NCBI RefSeq assembly: GCF_000372725.1
Contig: NW_005201391.1
Span: 236,736-300,735 of the forward strand
Direction: 5' to 3'
DNA from: Emiliania huxleyi CCMP1516
Lineage: Eukaryota
Length of the DNA: 64,000 bases
The translations under genes were made by a program, and so were the position numbers. Numbering within the stretch: position 1 is the stretch's first letter; each line of letters starts with the position of its first letter. Of this stretch, positions 59,770-64,000 are shown piece after piece. The notes under the pieces were generated by a model. That model searched no databases and had not been told where the DNA came from. It saw only the letters and a program-made list of their open reading frames with translations.

Positions 59770-60610
59770 ACTCAACCTCTCACCAGCACGCAGCGCCATG
59801 GAGGTATTTTCTTCTCAATAACAAGGTCTGTGAAGAGGTCGGCAGCCCGAGCGCCGTCGACCGCACCGACTACGGCACAGCCTCCGGCAGCGCCCGGGGC
59901 TTCGCCCAGCACCACTCGCAACAGCTCTCACACACCGCCGTCTGTGGCGACGCGCAGAAACATCAACAACGTTGCTCGCAACATGTCGCTCACTCATTCA
60001 TGACCGGTCTCCAATGTTCCACCCCCCTGCGCGCGCGGGCCTTCTTAGGCCCGCGGGTAGTCTCACCCCATCCCCAGGGCCTCCAGGGCTCGCACCTCAT
60101 ACAACCTCTCATACACCAGAAGAATGTTAGTGTTCGTAGACCAGCGCGCAGCGCCATGGCACGCATTTTCTTCTCAATAACAGGTCTGTGAAAGACCAGC
60201 GTGAGAGAGATTTTTAGCAATACCAAACAAATCTAACACTCACACGTCATTTGGGGCCTGGAGCCCTGTTCACGCGCGCGCGAGACGTGCAGACAGGGTT
60301 GCCAGGTGTGCGACGGGGTTGTGCGTTTCTGTGAAAGACCAGCGCGCAGCGCCATAGGCGTGACTGTCTCTGTGCGATTTCGGGCCCGGGGTTGTGCGTT
60401 CACATGCATGTGAACCCCAGGGCCTCCAGGGCTCGCACCTCAAACCTCTCACAGACCAGCGCACAGCGCCATAGGACGTATTTTCTTCTCAATAACAAGG
60501 CTGTGAACAGCGTGTTGCGTGACTGTCTCTGTGCGATTTCGGGCCCGGGGTTGTGTGTTTACTGCCCGGGGTTGTGCGTTTACGTGAAGAGCGTTTTTGT
60601 GTGAACAGCG
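59770..60610. repeat. Composite repeat cluster sharing modules with 10510-11100 and 44003-44510
   Basis: Repeated ACCAGCGCRCAGCGC...TATTTTCTTCTCAATAACAAGG modules, a CRE-like remnant at 59834-60110, and the GAGAGAGATTTTTAGC repeat at 60201. Confidence 0.85.
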
Positions 60611-60699
60611 TGTGTAAACCGGCGGCCCCTTTTTGGCCGACCTTAGTTGTCCGTCGCGGTTTGTGCTCGCGCACCCCACGAGCTCGAATCGCCGACCAC

Positions 60700-61446
60700 A
60701 TGATCCTCGCCGACAAGCAGGACCTGCAGCGGCAGCTCACGCTCTCGCTCCTCCGCATCGACGAGAAGGAGCTCGAGTACTTTACGCAGAACTGCTTCGC
60801 GATGGGGACGCAGGCAGCGCTGTTCGCGCTCTTTGGCTTTGATAAGATGGTCGAGGCGCGGTCCGACGTGACGGGCAGCTCCATGGGCGGAGAGACGGCG
60901 TTCCAAATCAAGATGGCGTGGATCACGTTCAACGCGTTAAACATGGTCGCCGGCCTCGCCGCTGTTGTAAAGGCGACGCAGATGTCCATTCGGATCCCCG
61001 GGCTCGCGCTCCGTGGGCCCGAGGGCTCGATGGCGCGCGCCGTGCAAGTGATGCGGACAGAGTACTGGCGGCTGCACGCGTACTTTATGTTGTCCCTCGT
61101 GGCCCTGCACGTCACCACGGCCATCTACTCGCACATCCTCTTTGAGGGCGACGCCCACCTCACGATCCCCACCGCCCTGATCGTCACCGCCACGCTCGTC
61201 TACCTCCTCTACGACTACCTCAAACTCAAGGAGAAGGTCCGCGCGCCGTGCCGCGAGGGGCGGGCGCTGCGGCGACGCAACCGGGGGGGAGGAGAAGGAG
61301 GGCCGGGGAGAAGTCGGACCGCCTCCCCCTCGGCACGGGCGGCGCCGAGCGGCCCGCCATCGATGGCGGCACTGCGACTGCGCGCGCTGCGGGCGCAAGG
61401 CGCGGCGCGCGGCGAGCGAGGCGCCGCCTCACCCTCTGGCAGATGA
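60700..61446 (+). CDS. Four-TM Orai-like membrane protein; 3' exon uncertain
   Basis: First helix TQAALFALFGFDKMVE parallels Orai TM1 RTSALLSGFAMVAMVE. Loop PGLALRGPEGSMARAV and three further hydrophobic helices. Probable splice donor at 61237. Confidence 0.65.
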   Translation: MILADKQDLQRQLTLSLLRIDEKELEYFTQNCFAMGTQAALFALFGFDKMVEARSDVTGSSMGGETAFQIKMAWITFNALNMVAGLAAVVKATQMSIRIPGLALRGPEGSMARAVQVMRTEYWRLHAYFMLSLVALHVTTAIYSHILFEGDAHLTIPTALIVTATLVYLLYDYLKLKEKVRAPCREGRALRRRNRGGGEGGPGRSRTASPSARAAPSGPPSMAALRLRALRAQGAARGERGAASPSGR

Positions 61447-61963
61447 CCCAGCGCCAGGGGGTAACCCGCAGCGATAAGCATAAGAGGGGGGCGCGAGCGA
61501 GCGAGCGGAGACACGACCGGAGAGCCGAGAGAGAGTCAAATAGTTGCGCACCACTGATTCGAACTATCAAAACATGGTCCCACATGCCCCGCCAATATGA
61601 ACTTCAAGTCTCCGCGGACATGCTGATGCTCGGTGTGATTCGTGAAGAGAGCAAGAAAGCGAGGAGCGCCAGGAGCGAGACCGAGACCGCTCTCTACAGG
61701 AGCGCGCCGCGAGCGCTTGGAGCCTACGGATAGCGCTTTTCGGATTCGCCTCAATTTGCTCAAACCCTGCCCGGATCGAGGCCGGCGCGGGGCGCTTGAC
61801 CCACCAACGCCATTACACACACTCCATCGCAGCTGAAATCGACACACACAAGGAGCCAAACAGCTGCCCGCTCCGGCGTCGAGCGCGCCGGCAGCGCGCC
61901 GCGAGGGGCGGCGGCGCTCTTGCGCACGCGCTCTCGCACACGCGCCGCGCGCCCACGCGGCCC

Positions 61964-64000
61964 TCACGCACTGCTGCGGCCCTGCCCTTGATCCTCTGCC
62001 GCCGGGGAAGCGCCGCCGCGGCCTCCCTCCTTCGCGCCGCCCCGGCCGCCCCTCGACCGCCCTCCAGCGCGCTGCGGCTGCGGCGCTTGCGCCGCCGCAG
62101 CTGCGACGCCCTCTGCCGCAGACGCAGGCGGCGGCGCCGCCGGCGCGTCCGCCGCGCCGCCCACCCCACCGCCGCCGCCTCCGCGTCCGCTGCCCCGTCC
62201 GCCCCGTCCCTTGCCGCCGCCTCCGCGCCCTCCCTTGCCCTTGCCTCCTCCCGACTCGCGACTCGGCGCCTCGCTGTTCCCCTCCTCGGCGGCGTGCCTG
62301 GTGTACGACCCGGGGGGCTGAGGGCGGGGCATGCAGCACCTGTGCGGTGTATCCGGAGCACAGCGTGCATACAAGGGCTGCGAGGAGCGGAATGCGGCAG
62401 CTGAACACGTGTGTACGCCAGCGCCAGTCGGGAGACAGATCCGTCCTCTCCCCGCTTCTAAGGGCGCGCCCGTTGGCGTGCTGCTCTGGCGGGGGCCCGC
62501 GAGCCGCGTCGCCGTTGCGCGCCTCGGGCTTCCCCTTGCCGCTGCCACGAGGCTTCGCCGCCGCCCCTCCGCCCGCGTCCCCGTCCGCCGCCGCCGCCTT
62601 CGCAGCGGCGCGGGGCGCGGCGCCGTTGGCTTGAGCGGCGCTGTTGCCGTTGGCGGTGCCGTTGGCAGCCTCGCGCGCCGCCGACTCTCTGCCGCCCTTA
62701 CCTCCGCCCTTGCCGCCGCGGCCCCTGCTCTCGCCGCCGCCACGGCCGCCGCGGCCTTTCCCGCGCGCCGACTGGGCGGCGGGCTCGTCGTCCTCCTGCA
62801 GGGAGACGCCGCGGGTCATATCTCGGGTGACCTCGGCCGATTCCAGGTCCTCTCGGGTGATCTGGAGCGATCTCGAGCGATCTGGGAGCATCTCGTCCTC
62901 CTCCTGCAGCGTGATGCCGCGCAGCTCGCGCCGCAGCCGCTCCGACTCCCTCGCCTCGTGCTCGAACTCGGAGAGGTACTGGAGGTGCGTGTCCATGTAG
63001 GCGAGGGCCGAGTCGACGGCCGTGCGCGTGCCGACGAGCACGACCTGAAGCAAGCAGGAGCTGGTGAGCCAGGGGGGGAAGGACGGCGGTCAAGAAGCGC
63101 GAGCCGACGAGGGCGACCTGGCCCGCAGCCTTGTCGATCGAGAGGCGCGTCACCTGAAGGAAGGCTCCGAGAAGGCTGAGTGCGCGAGCACGGCGCAGCC
63201 TTGTCTCTCTAGCGACGGGCGGTGCGGCGCCTGCGTCTTCTCCTGCAGCTCCTTGAAGGTTCGGCCGCCCTTCCCTATCAGCCAGCCGATCTGCTCCTGC
63301 TCGACGGGCGGAGGAAAGACGTCGGTTGGAGGGAGCGAGCGAGAGAGAGGGGGGGGGGGAGAGAGAGAGAGGGGGGGGGGAGAGACTGCGTGTGTGCGCG
63401 TGTGTTGACCGCTCCTGCTCGACGGGCACGCGGCGCGAGACGAACTCGAGCAGCTCGCGCGCCGCCTCGATCGACTCCTGCGACGGCCCGACGATCACCA
63501 CGCGCGGGCCATCCGGGTCCACCTCAACCTTGTCGACGCCGGCCGCCTACTCTCGCGCAATCTCGCGGTGAGCTTCGGGGCCATCTCGGTGCCCCCCTGC
63601 GCGGGCCTCGTCGGCCGCCTTTTGCGCGCTGCGCACCGTCGCGCCGCCCTTGCCGACGACGAGCCCGATCAGCTCCTTGTCGACGGGGAACTCGAGCCGG
63701 AAGGACGAAATCAGCCGCTCGCGCTCGTGCTGCAGCTTGGCGGAGAGCTGCTCGCGCTCCGAGTGCACGCGCGCCATGTCGCCGACGTGCTTGCCGTGCA
63801 GCTCGATCAGCATCTTGGCGGTCGCGCACGCCTTCTCCGCGCCGAGCAGCTTGATCTGGTGCACGTCGCGGTCCACCTCGAACGCGAGCACCTTCGACTT
63901 GGAGACCACGTCCGAGACGACGCGCTGCTCGTTTGCCTTGCGGCGGAGAAACACAACAGCGGTCAGCCCGCCGCCCCGTCGCCTCGCACCGCCCCTGGAC
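61964..64000 (-). CDS. FMR1/FXR-like KH-domain RNA-binding protein with RGG tail, 3' part, multi-exon
   Basis: KH motifs LIGLVVGKGG and IGWLIGKGG, plus AARELLEF, VGTRTAVDSALAYMDTHLQYL and RGG boxes. The 5' end lies outside the window. Confidence 0.85.

Overview
This is eukaryotic, very GC-rich genomic DNA with short introns that are often GC-AG, 10-11 nt tandem repeats inside introns, TTAGGG tracts and two N gaps. These traits point to a haptophyte such as Emiliania (Gephyrocapsa) huxleyi (inference). The main finding is an 8.6 kb insertion (1675-10304) that splits a retroelement-like repeat whose uninterrupted copy lies at about 19882-20300. The insertion is bounded by 6-bp direct repeats (GACCGC) and perfect 24-bp subterminal inverted repeats. 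It encodes a damaged Crypton/Ndc10-like tyrosine recombinase at its left end and carries an intact-looking secreted vWD-like/Kelch gene, so it is a candidate cargo-carrying Crypton element analogous to fungal Starships. The window also holds many non-autonomous DNA transposons with clean TSDs (a Mutator/Foldback-like element with a nested LINE, two P-like MITEs, a hAT-like MITE) and LINE remnants. Host genes include F-box/RCC1, ankyrin, transmembrane RING, mL46, metallophosphoesterase, Tudor/WRKY19-like, TPR, J-domain, modular GH5, histidine acid phosphatase, glyoxalase, DUF2828 and FMR1-like KH proteins, plus tRNA-Ser(GCT). Two candidates of interest for calcium biology are a giant secreted protein with Asp-rich repeats and an Orai-like channel. 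All family assignments come from motif recognition by eye; no searches were run, and many exon boundaries are approximate.
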